64,000 nucleotides of DNA, from the NCBI GenBank assembly GCA_964016885.1, contig OZ024754.1:40486001-40550000 (forward strand), read 5' to 3'. The first letter of the stretch is position 1, and the number at the start of each line of letters is the position of its first letter. Origin of the DNA: Eledone cirrhosa. Its lineage: Eukaryota. Positions 53,536 through 64,000 of this stretch are shown here, piece by piece. Below the pieces are notes generated by a model. The model worked only from the letters and a program-made list of their open reading frames with translations, was not told the origin of the DNA and did no database searches. Made by a program: the position numbers and the translations under genes.

Positions 53536-53875
53536 AGACAAAAGAAACACAAAACAATATCTGAAGTTGTGTGGTTAAGTTAGTTCACTACACAACGACA
53601 TAAGGTTCAGTCCCACCGTGTGGAACTTTGGGAAAGTTTCTTCTAATATAGCCTTGAGATAATCAATGTTTTACAAGTGAAATTCAGTAGACAGAAACTG
53701 CAGAAGCCTATCGTGTCTGTGTGTCTTCATGTTTGTGTTTGTCCACGTTCATGTCTGTGTATTCGTGTGTGTCCATGTGTGTGTGTGTGTGTGTAGAAAG
53801 AGGGAGAGAGAGAAAAGAGAAATAGATTGTAAAAGAGATTTTATAAAAGGTTTTATAAATATCTATAAAAAATGT

Positions 53876-53951
53876 AATATAGAAATGGCTTCTACATGAT
53901 GATTTCTTTCGAATGAAACAGTTCTAGTCCTGCAGAAGCCATTTCTATATT
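53876..53951 (+). ncRNA. Degenerate family A hammerhead copy inside a short inverted repeat
   Basis: Same stem II/III sequence, but the core reads ATGATGA and CTGCA; flanks form the inverted repeat aatatagaaatggcttct/agaagccatttctatatt. Confidence 0.45.
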
Positions 53952-54645
53952 AAATTTTGTATACACTCTACTAATGTATTGAGTACTTCACTTAGTGTGG
54001 TTACTCCCGACAGCACTCGGAAACCAATATATATATATATATTGGTTGAGGGCACATGGCTTAGTGGTTAGAGCATTGGCCTTGCAATCGAAAGGTTGTG
54101 AGTTCAATTCTCAGACCGGGTGATGTGTTGTTTCCTTGAGCAAGACACTTTATTTCACATCGCTCCAGTTTACTCAGCTGTAGAAATGAGATGATAGGGA
54201 CTGGGGTCCCTATCATTCCACTGTAAAGTGGTTGTGGTGGTGCCATGGCAAAAAAGCACCCAGCACTCACTGTAAATGAGGTTGGTGTTAGGAAGGGCAT
54301 CCAGCTGTAGAAATCAAGCCAGAATCAGTTCCCGTCCCACCCTTGCAAGCAGGGAAAAAGCGGACGTAAAATGAAATGATGATGATGAAATGATGATATA
54401 TATATATACACGTGTGTTATTATATCAAATATTTTGTGATTAGAGACCCTTTTTTCAAAACATGGAGTATGATGATGATGATGAGCAGACTCTACTGTAT
54501 TCACTCATGTCTTTCTAACTTAACTTATACGAACTTACCCAACCCAATCCTGACCACTGAATTCACAACGCTTCATATAAACTATAATATTTAAAGTAGG
54601 TTTTATTAAGTTTTATATAAACTATGGGAATGTTTTGAAACTTAC

Positions 54646-54732
54646 CAATTCTTCAACAGCAAATTTGCTAAAATGTTTTGTGGCATATGTCCAATTAGAA
54701 ATTCTGGTGTTGTTTAAATAAATGCTTTTCCA
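54646..54732 (-). CDS. F-box end/LRR start exon (WKSIYLNNTRISNW...)
   Basis: tttcag| ... |gtaagt; 87 nt. Confidence 0.87.
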
Positions 54733-55037
54733 CTGAAATGAAAATAATAATTATTAGCAGTGTATGTGATTGTAAGTATGCAGACATGACCAAATAAATT
54801 ATCATGATGTCCACTAATTTCAAGACATCATTAACCTTTTCATGGCACCTATATTGATCGTGCCAGCTCTGAAATTATGGGGTTCACAGGAGGAATAAAG
54901 AGAAAGCTAAATCAGTTCTAAACAGTGCCCCGGCATGGTCGCAGTCTAATGACTGAAGCAAGTAAAAAATAATAAATAAATAAGAGAATAATATATTTGA
55001 AGGTAATAATTAAAAAGTAATAAAATATGAGACTTAC

Positions 55038-55089
55038 CAGAGAAGGCTGAGTAGCAATTTGGTGCCATGATTTACATACCAATGAACAT
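55038..55089 (-). CDS. F-box exon (CSLVCKSWHQIATQPSL)
   Basis: taacag| ... |gtaagt; 52 nt; F-box VCKxW motif. Confidence 0.9.
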
Positions 55090-55986
55090 CTGTTAGAACA
55101 GGTGAGAAAATATAGATAGGTTATAATCAATATAATTAGATCAATACTATTTAAATAACTTATAATATAATATCAAATAATAATAATCATCATCATCATC
55201 ATTTTACGTCCGCTTTTCCCTGCTTGCAAGGGTGGGACGGGTCCTATTCAGCACAGCCTCTCTCCACTTATCATGGCCCTTCGTCATCTCCACCGTGAGC
55301 TTCAGCAATCTGAGGTCTGTTCTCACCACCTCTGCCCATGTTTTTCATGGTCTTCCTCTACTACGTCTTCCTTCAACTGGCATTTCTTGGCACTTCTTTA
55401 CCCAGTGGTCATCCTCATGCGCATCACATGTCCATACCATCGCAGTCTTCTCTCCCGCAAACTACAACTTATCCCTCTTATACACAGTTTCTCTCTCAAC
55501 ACATCCATGCTCGGTCGTTTACGCACATTGACATTGCACATCCAACCACTACATCAGTTGTTAGCTGTTGGGACACTACATCCTTCAAAATTTCCATGCG
55601 TCCCGAAATTTGCCAACACTACATCTGATATTCCCCCTACATACACACGCACCTGTGTGTCTGTGTGTGTGTGTCAATTTCAGAATTAACTTAATCCTTT
55701 AGCATTTAAACTGGCTATATCTGGCCAGAATTCTCTCAGCTCTTTCTGTTCAAACCAGCCGTAACTGGCCTTTCATACAGATGTTAAGGCGTTGTTCTCA
55801 AAATAAATATCAAAATCTCAGATTCGATATTATGTAAGATAAAGCCTTTACCACAAAAATACAATAGTATATATAGAGTAATGGAAATGTTATGTGAGAT
55901 AATTATGTGAGGTAAAGCCTTTACCATGAAAATATTATAATAAATATAGAGTTATGTAAATGGTAAATGGTTAATGAGAAACTTAC

Positions 55987-57188
55987 CTGACAAGATCTCC
56001 CGCACTTAAGTAGTGAAATATCTGTAGCATACTTGTGTAACCAGAGTATAACCTCTTGAAAGGACACAGATAGTTAGTAATTTTGTTTCTGCAATTTGGG
56101 ATTTTGCCGCTTGTTTTTGCAGATTCGGAACTTTTATTTTGATCTACAACTTGATTGCTTTCACTTGATTTGTTCTTTTCAGAGAGAGATACAGCGTAAT
56201 CTTTGGTACTATCACCAGACATAGTACCTGATGAAAATGTTATATTCATTGTGGTTGTCGAGCCACTGGGTACAGAGAACGTCTTGGGTGGCAGAAAAAC
56301 CTTTAAGCCTTCCGGTGTATTTATGCAACGAGATGGGGGGATAAAAAGCTGCATGTTATTAATACGTAATGCAAGAGGAAGAGAGGAATCTAAGCGCTTT
56401 GCTACAGCTAACGGCAATGTAAGAAGCTGGCCAGAGCGTGGGTAATTGTCTTTGCCACTATCACCACTATCACCAACATTACTAGATATGGTAGAAGATG
56501 AAGATGGAACTTCTAGTTTAACATTGGCTGATGATATATTCGGCTGCTGTGAGTGACCAGAAGTAAGAGAAGATTTGGGCGATGAAACGAGTACTGGACA
56601 ATCAGATGATGATGAGGTAGAAGCATTCAAGTCTTTTGTAGTTTGAATAAATGAATTAACACTTGTAGAAGGACTGTTAATAAGAGTAAATGTGGTAGGT
56701 GTAGAAGTTTCACCAATACTATCTTTTGACAATGGAGAAGAAAGTGAATGAGATATGGATGATAATGTCTGAGACAAACTTTTTGATGGATTTAATGAAT
56801 TATTAGATTTATTGGATTTCAAGCGAGATTTGCAATCTAGGATATCTGAAGTTGACTCTATGTCATTTAGATAATAAGGTTGTGATGGTTCAGATGATAA
56901 TGAGTCAGTAATTGACTGACCACTCAAGCTAGATTTAACAATGTTCATGACAACATATTTAGGAGGTCCATTTGAAGTATTTTTTGATGACTTGGAAGAA
57001 GATTTCTGTGTTTGAGATGAATACTTTGTATCTTTACATAATTGAATGACAGACGACATGCCAGATTTCCGCCCCTTTTCTGTACTCCATGAACTCTGGT
57101 TCATCTTTAGTGTTCTATTACCTGACAAACTATTAGACGCTGTCGTGTCAACATCGCTCATCCAACCACCTTGTTCTCTTTCACAGTT
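55987..57188 (-). CDS. Large exon: end of PHD, Ser/Thr-rich linker, start of F-box (SMLQIFHYLSAGDLVR)
   Basis: tttcag| ... |gtaagt; 1202 nt; contains ORF 55983..57161. Confidence 0.9.
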
Positions 57189-57299
57189 CTGAAATGAATG
57201 AAAGCAAAAGAATTAATTAATTAAATCCTCCAAACAAAGAATGTAATTCTAAATCAGTTTCATTCCAAGATAAAAAAATAAGAAAGAGCTTATAGCATA

Positions 57300-57502
57300 T
57301 ACGAGGGTAAGATGAAAAGTTCATAGACTGACTATGAAGGAGTGATGCTAGAGTTGTGAAATCTTGCATGTCGTTTATTTCAACTCTTCTCATTAATAAA
57401 TTCATTGTTTCTTTCCAGGGACTATGTTGAAAAATAAACCTCATTTGGTTATTCCATGGGAGTATCTTAGTCAGCCTATGAACTGTTTAGCCGACCCTCG
57501 TA
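57300..57502. mobile_element. mariner-type MITE (TA TSD, CGAGGG TIRs); related copy at 29130-29331
   Basis: TA-CGAGGG..AAAAGTTCATAG.CTGAC ... GTCAGCCTATGAAC..CCCTCG-TA. Confidence 0.7.
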
Positions 57503-57541
57503 TTTTAAGAATAAGGTTGACATAACTATAAAAGTACTTAC

Positions 57542-57704
57542 TTTACATTTGAAATTTTGTGGCACCTCATTTTCTTTGAGGTTTACACAGGAATTATGAA
57601 ATAGACACATGCATACATCACAGTGCAGTTGAGGGGGAATGCCTGTAAGGCCTGGACAGTTGAGCGAACATGGTTGGAAAGAATTTCTTTTGTTCATATT
57701 AGCT
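57542..57704 (-). CDS. PHD finger exon (CSLNC...CDVCMCLFHNSC...CK)
   Basis: ttgcag| ... |gtaagt; 163 nt; C4HC3 pattern completed by NC at the start of the next exon. Confidence 0.88.
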
Positions 57705-58871
57705 CTGCAAGAAATGTAAATTGAAACTTACGAAAAATTCTTATTTCTGGAGGTCAAATAAACAACCAAGCATTAATATACACAATATTATACTAGCAGA
57801 TACGTAACCAAAGTGTCATGCAGTGGGACAATCATTTTATATATCTCCTTATAATATATAACCAGCAATTTCTCTGTCTGTCTGTCCGACGCGGAGAGTG
57901 AGAGTGAAAGAAAGAGACAGACTACAAGAGGGGGATAGCGGGAGGGAGAGAGAGAGAGACGCTGGAAGAGGGGAAGGAAAGCTATGTCTTGCTGTCTGCA
58001 TTACGATACATATATATATACACACACACACACTGAGCGCGTCATAATAACGTAATGCAGACAGCCAGACATACAGACAGATATTATAAGGGCGCAACGT
58101 TATATCTATGTATCTATCTAAAAAGAAAGACTAAGAATTATATAGAGAGAACGCTAAATCGTCTAATGCGGTCCCTAGGGCATTGAAAATTTGAAATAAT
58201 TTTTGCTCAAAACACTCACAGGACCATAAGTATTACATGTCTAAAGTTTAAAAACAATCGGTTGGATGGTTCTCAAGTTTTAGTGAGCTGACAGACAGAC
58301 ATTCTCTGTTTTAGATATATAGACTAGCAGAAAACCGCCCCCCTGGGTGGTTTTCTGCTAGTCTATATACATAAATGGCAATTTCTGTCTGTTTGTGAAC
58401 CTAAAACTCAAAAACTACCAAACTGATCTTGATGAAACTTGACACGTGTGTAGGGCTCATGCCCCTTTGATTTCTTACGTATATTTCATTTTAATGAAAG
58501 GGTTCCCCAGGGGCTCAAACCCTGCTGAAAATATTTTCCCTTCGATTTATATGAAATTTAAACCATAGGTAAATGACAAGATATGATGCCTATTCACAAA
58601 ATTTCAGCAAATTTAAATAATATTAAGACACCCTAATTGGGGGTTCTATTTTTTCTCTTATAGCAACACTCAACTTCTCTGACAAACATTTTTTCGCCTG
58701 ACCAACGCAATCAACAATATTTGTTTGTATTATTGTTTCGTAAATGAATTTGTCTTCGTTTGTCATTATCTGTCATATATTTCGATTTCATTTTTCGTCT
58801 GAGAGGCACTGGGCATTTTAATGGGAACTAGGAATACAACTGCTCCCGGGTATTACCAGGTACCTCAGCTA

Positions 58872-58951
<80 letters not shown>

Positions 58952-59262
58952 TCATCATCATCATCATCACCGTTTTACGTCCGTTCTTCCACGCTAGCAT
59001 GGGTTAGACGGGTTGTCCTGTTGTGGGCAGTGTCTGGTCGGCTGACCATGCCTTGCTCATACAGGAACTGATCTGGCTTGATTTCTACAGCTGGATGCCC
59101 TTCCTAACACCAACCTCATTTACAGTGAGTGCTGGGTGCTTTTTCGTGGCGCCTACACGTCCACTTTACAGTGGGCTGGGTGCTTTTTTGCCGTGGCACC
59201 TCCACGACCACCTTGCGGTGGGGGGGGGGGGGGGGGGGGGGGGGGCATATTGTTTATATGCT

Positions 59263-59790
59263 TCAGCATGTACCCATGGGAGGTCGGGTACCCTGTATTA
59301 CTGCGTGACGCCAGAAGTCACGGTCGTGTGTCATTGACTTTGAGAGGTGTAGTTGGGTAAGGTCGGCTTTTATCACCTCATCCCAAGTCATCTTGGGTCT
59401 CCCCACTCCGCGGTTTCCATCAACTTCTAGTGCTCTGCACCTTTTTATGCAGCTGTCATCCTTCATACGCATCACATGTCCATACCAGCGTAACCGCCTC
59501 TCCTGCACGCAGCATTTGATTCCTCTTATGCTCAGTCTCTCTCTCAATTCCTTTATGCTTTGTCGTTCACGTATATTACTGTTACACATCCATCGGAGCA
59601 TGCAGGCTTCGTTTCTCTCTAATCTACGTAAGTCTTCCACCTTCAGCGCCCAGGTCTCACTACCATGCAACATCGCTGTTCGGATACACGCATCATACAG
59701 TCTGCCTTTCATTCTGAGGGAGAAGCCTTTTGCAGCTAGCAGTGGTAGTAGTTCCCTAAACTTCTTCCATCCCGTTCTTACCCTAGTTAT
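59263..59790 (-). mobile_element. RTE-clade LINE 3' fragment
   Basis: ORF KGRLYDACIRTAMLHGSETW...RRLRWYGHVMRM...GRPKMTW is the RTE C-terminus; shorter copies at 35440-35760, 55190-55545, 8220-8460 and 60500-60670. Confidence 0.85.
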
Positions 59791-60409
59791 TACTTACCCT
59801 ACACATATATATATATTTATATATATATATATGTGTGTATATATAATAGGTATCAGATTAACAATGAAAATAAAAACAACAAAGTCAAGTTATTTTACCT
59901 ATTCATATCATTGTTTTACGATCGTTTCGGAGGGTTGATTATATTGACATATTGTCTGATCTATAGCAGTTATATAACTGTATACTATCAGACCTCATAT
60001 ATAGGTTCAATCAGACCGTCTTACGGACCCTACCATTAAGGGTAGACCACACTGAAAGAGCATATATATATATATAACAAGTAACATCACTCTAAAGACC
60101 CTCGGAGATCAGAGAGTCACTCCAGGTAGAGCCACTATTTCTCCAAATTGAGAGATTACAGTTCTGATACTATGGAGGACATGTGGTTAGAATGTCTCAG
60201 GAAAAAAAATCGCTGGACAGATTTTACGGTTAAAAACAAACTGGCAGGAGACCCAGGGGTATACTCCAAGCAAGATGGTTGGATAACATCCATTAGATTG
60301 GCTGATCCAACCAGATCAGCTGGAGACAGTTGCTTCTGAAAAGACCCGCTGGAAAGAGTGTTTGAGGACTCTGCCCCCACGACCGTCTCAGGAATAAGTG
60401 GGTAAAGAA

Positions 60410-60444
<35 letters not shown>

Positions 60445-60782
60445 GTTAAAACACAAACAGAGAAGTAATTAAGAATTGTGAGGAATTATATGCTTAGAAT
60501 CCCAGTGGAAGGAAGCTGCAACAGAGGTAAACCAAGGAAGACCTGGGCAGAAGTGGTGAGAACTGATTAAATTACTGAGACTGACAGAGGAGATGATGAA
60601 GGAACGCAGTGAATGGAGAGATGCTGTGCTGAAAAAAGGACCCATCCAAACCATGCAAGCAAGGAAAAACGGTGGTGATGGCAGTGATGATGGTGGTGGG
60701 GATGATGATGTTATGATGGTGATGATGTTAATGATGATGGTAGAAACGAAAACCAGAGAAACGAAAAATAAAATATACTTAC

Positions 60783-61176
60783 AACATTGACTTAGAGATT
60801 AGACTTGTACTTTTGCGAGCAACAGATTTTATTTTCTTGGGAGGTATTTCACTGGAACTTGTTTCCTCTGATCTACGTTTTGACGGCGGAGATTTCCACT
60901 TGGAGTGTTTCTTCACATTTATCTTAGTTTCTAGTTGTAATGATTCATTAAACATGGGCTCTTCTATCAACTGTATATCTGCATCTCCAACACTACTCAT
61001 GGAATCATTGGCTCCGTGAGATTTTTTGTGACTACTCTTCTTACTAGTTTTCTCACTGTCATCGTGACGAGCCCGATGGGTGCCAGCAGTACGTACCATC
61101 TCAAATGGAGTTTTATAAATAGGTCGGCGTAGAAAGTTGAAGTTTTCTGCTGTCAAGCTAGTCTCCCTTTCAGCTA
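60783..61176 (-). CDS. MBD C-terminus (LAERETSLTAENFNF) plus basic/NLS-like region
   Basis: ttgcag| ... |gtaagt; 394 nt; the LT.ENFNF motif is typical of MBD ends; PPSKRR and PPKKIK basic clusters. Confidence 0.85.
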
Positions 61177-62023
61177 CTGCAAAATATCAAGATAAATCAC
61201 ACTGATGTAAGAAAATAACAAAGATATATGAAATATTTATTAAGACTACGTTGGTAGCGACATGTGATGCACATGGATGATAATTGATGGCTTGGGTAGA
61301 TACAGGTGTGGCTGTGTGGGTAAGGAGTTTATTTCACGCTTACATGGTAGGTACAGGTAAGGCTGAGTGGTTAAGGATTCTATTTCACAACCACGTGGTT
61401 TCAGGTTTGGTCCCACTGTGTGATAGCCTCAGATTAACTAATGAAATTTGGTACACTGAAACTGAGTGGAAGCCTATTGTAATATATATGTATGTATGTG
61501 TGTGTGAAATGTTGTAAAGTGATTAGTAATAGGAAGACATCTGGCCATAGAAAGCTTGCCAAACAAAAGATTGGGAGAGACCTTCAGTCGTGTCAAATAT
61601 ATGACCACCTCTCTTGTGTTGGTGCCACAATTAATTGCACTTGTAGAACATAAGACCCCATATAAGTGAAATGCAAATCCCTGGCCTGTCTGGGAGGTCA
61701 GTAGCTCTGTTTCGGTACTGACTCGGTCTGTGAAGACCCATCCAAACTTTGCTAGTTGGGAAGGCAGATGTTATATGATGATGATGATGGTGATAACGAT
61801 GATAGTGGTGGAGGTGGTGGTGGTGATGATGATGTGTGGCTATGTTTATGTTTACTATTCAACAAAGAGATTAATAAAATAAATTATCAGATTTGTAAGA
61901 AAAAGTATTTGGGTGGGGAGGGGATCAATAAGGATTAACTAATCCACCAAAGGCAGTGCCCCAGCATGGCCACAGCCTCACAACTGACAAAAATAAATAA
62001 TAGTATAAAAGTATAATACTTAC

Positions 62024-62051
62024 AGTAATTAACAATTTGTACCATTGATCG
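62024..62051 (-). CDS. MBD micro-exon (RSMVQIVNY), 28 nt
   Basis: tttttag| ... |gtaagt; supplies the MBD RS..I..YL helix; phases fit both neighbours. Confidence 0.82.
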
Positions 62052-62376
62052 CTAAAAAAAGAGAAAATAATATAATATAAAATCATGTTTGAAATATTTA
62101 TAATACTTTAAATACCACAATATGTAAATACCACAATATGTAAATTAATTGAAACAAACATGAAGTGAGCAACTGATTATCAATGGAGTTGAATTTGATC
62201 TGAAACTGTTTTGAAACTAAACTACTGTATATATATATATAATAATAATATTATTTATATTTATATCTACACTATATATAATTATAAACAGGAATGGTCA
62301 GTAATTCATTACCACCTTATTACCAGTAAGAAAAATAGCTCAATGTAAAAACATCAGATGTTTTACAGAGCAGGAA

Positions 62377-63083
62377 TATAAATTACAGAATAATCAAAAC
62401 TATGTTCAAAACATTTTATTGCTGACAATCATTTCTAACCAAACTTTCGTTTGGAAACATCGGAGCACTAGCAAAGTTTAGACATAATTAACCTCCTATT
62501 CCACAGAATATTTAAAGAGTGAAGATGATGTGGTCAGTGGATGCGACAAAGATTATAAAAGAATAATACAACAATTATAGAGGAATTAAAGAAGAAAGTT
62601 ACTCGTAAAACGAGGACCTTAGCAGTACATATGCAAATATATAGAAAGAGTGCAGATGTTTTAGGCATGTACAGAATAACCAGGTAAGAAACAAGCAATG
62701 GTACTAAGCATATATATCACAGTATGGCAAAGGTATCACATAATACATGTGATATATATATGCTTAGTACCATTGCATATGTACTGCTAATGTCCTCATT
62801 TTGCGAGTAACTTTCTTCTTTAATTCCTCTATAATTGTTGTATTATTCTTTTATAATCTTTGTCGCATCCACTGATACTGACCACATCATCTCCACTCTT
62901 TAAATATGACACTGTTAATAACAACACTAACATCTACGTGTCTTTACATTGTTCTGTGGAATAGGAGGTTAATTATATGTCTAAACTTTGCTAGTGCTCC
63001 GATGTTTCCAAACGAAAGTTTGGAAGAAACGATTGTCAGCAATAAAATGTTTTGAACATAGTTTTGATTATTCTGTAATTTAT
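62377..63083. repeat. About 700-bp imperfect fold-back inverted repeat
   Basis: 62377-62636 is the reverse complement of about 62774-63083 apart from small indels; nested inner hairpin at about 62696-62777. Confidence 0.9.
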
Positions 63084-63255
63084 ATATATATATATATATA
63101 TGTTCAATTCTCAGACCGGGTGATGTGTTGTTTCCTTGAGCAAGACACTTTATTTCACATTGCTCCAGTTTACTCAGCTGTAGAAATGAGATGATAGGGA
63201 CTGGGGTCCCTATCATTCCACTGCAAAGTGGTCGTGGAGGTGCCACAGCAAAAAA

Positions 63256-63455
63256 NNNNNNNNNNNNNNNNNNNNNNNNNNNNNNNNNNNNNNNNNNNNN
63301 NNNNNNNNNNNNNNNNNNNNNNNNNNNNNNNNNNNNNNNNNNNNNNNNNNNNNNNNNNNNNNNNNNNNNNNNNNNNNNNNNNNNNNNNNNNNNNNNNNNN
63401 NNNNNNNNNNNNNNNNNNNNNNNNNNNNNNNNNNNNNNNNNNNNNNNNNNNNNNN
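63256..63455. other. Assembly gap (200 N)
   Basis: N run. Confidence 1.
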
Positions 63456-63691
63456 TAAATTTTAACCCTTTAGCGTTTAAACCCATATCCGGCCAGAATT
63501 CTCTCACCTCTATCTGTTCAAACTGGCCTGTAACTACTCATACTGATGTTAAGGTATTGTTCTCGAAATAAATATCATCAAAATCTCATAGATTCAATAT
63601 TATGTGAGATAAATCCTTTTACTGTGAAATACAATAGTATATATAGAATAATGTGAATGCTAAGGGGTTAATATAAAGAGAGGCAAATTAC

Positions 63692-63805
63692 CAGTTTCTT
63701 GTTTTCAGGAGTATAGTAGTAAAATATCAGCTGGTGCTGGCTTTGGTTTGCCTGATTTGGTAAATTCTTTATAAACTGACCGAATAACCACTTCTCTTCT
63801 CCACC
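63692..63805 (-). CDS. MBD exon (GWRREVVIR...PADI/YYYTPENKKL), contains a +1 T frameshift near 63721-63724
   Basis: cctatag| ... |gtaatt; MBD signature GWxR..R...DxYY.P..KKL recovered by removing one T from a T4 run. Confidence 0.8.
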
Positions 63806-64000
63806 CTATAGGAAAACAACAGAGGGAAAAATAAAATGGGAAATTACGATTTCATGCATAACAGAAAAATAACTCCGACTGCTAAAATTAGCAGCCAATT
63901 CTCCAATGAATCATATCCTACTGTCATTACCATCAATATCATTGTTATATGTTTCTTATTCATGCTGGCATGGGTACGAACAGGTTGTCACGGTCTGAGA

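Larger units (their letters stand above)
47292..63805 (-). other. MBD-PHD-F-box-LRR protein gene span (3' 13 coding exons; 5' end beyond the right edge)
   Basis: 13 GT-AG-bounded exons join in phase, apart from one 1-nt indel in the first, into about 1,016 aa: MBD, C4HC3 PHD, Ser-rich linker, F-box, LRRs, stop at 47292. Confidence 0.85.

Noticed and set aside
60148-60380. Extra exon of the MBD-F-box gene
   Set aside because: No convincing splice sites and the flanking exons already join in phase; more likely a decayed retroelement fragment.
47292-63805. Naming the second gene FBXL19, KDM2 or BAZ2
   Set aside because: No CxxC, JmjC, DDT or bromodomain is visible in the window; orthology cannot be assigned without a phylogeny.

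Overview
AT-rich, repeat-dense eukaryotic genomic DNA with spliceosomal genes, not a prokaryotic window. The SINE, (ATC)n and RTE repeat landscape suggests an octopod cephalopod (inference). Two intron-rich genes lie in tandem on the minus strand, and most of their exons are missed by the ORF track. (1) The 5' part of a kinesin-3 gene, KIF16B: 14 phase-consistent coding exons from the ATG at 41120 to 510 (387 aa, the whole motor domain), continuing off the left edge. Its 25.2-kb first intron starts with a non-canonical GC donor. (2) The 3' part of an unusual gene: 13 exons from 63805 to 47292 (about 1,016 aa in the window), encoding MBD + PHD finger + Ser-rich linker + F-box + LRRs. This is the FBXL19/KDM2 C-terminal layout with a methyl-CpG-binding domain where those proteins have a CxxC domain. 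The MBD exon carries a 1-nt homopolymer frameshift, and one LRR exon's splice acceptor is amplified 7-fold by a 65-bp tandem repeat. The introns hold many minisatellites and satellites, tRNA-derived SINEs, RTE and CR1-like LINE fragments, piggyBac/mariner/Tc1-type MITEs, and several families of hammerhead-ribozyme-like motifs, often inside fold-back inverted repeats (Penelope-like pLTR remnants). There is one 200-N gap.
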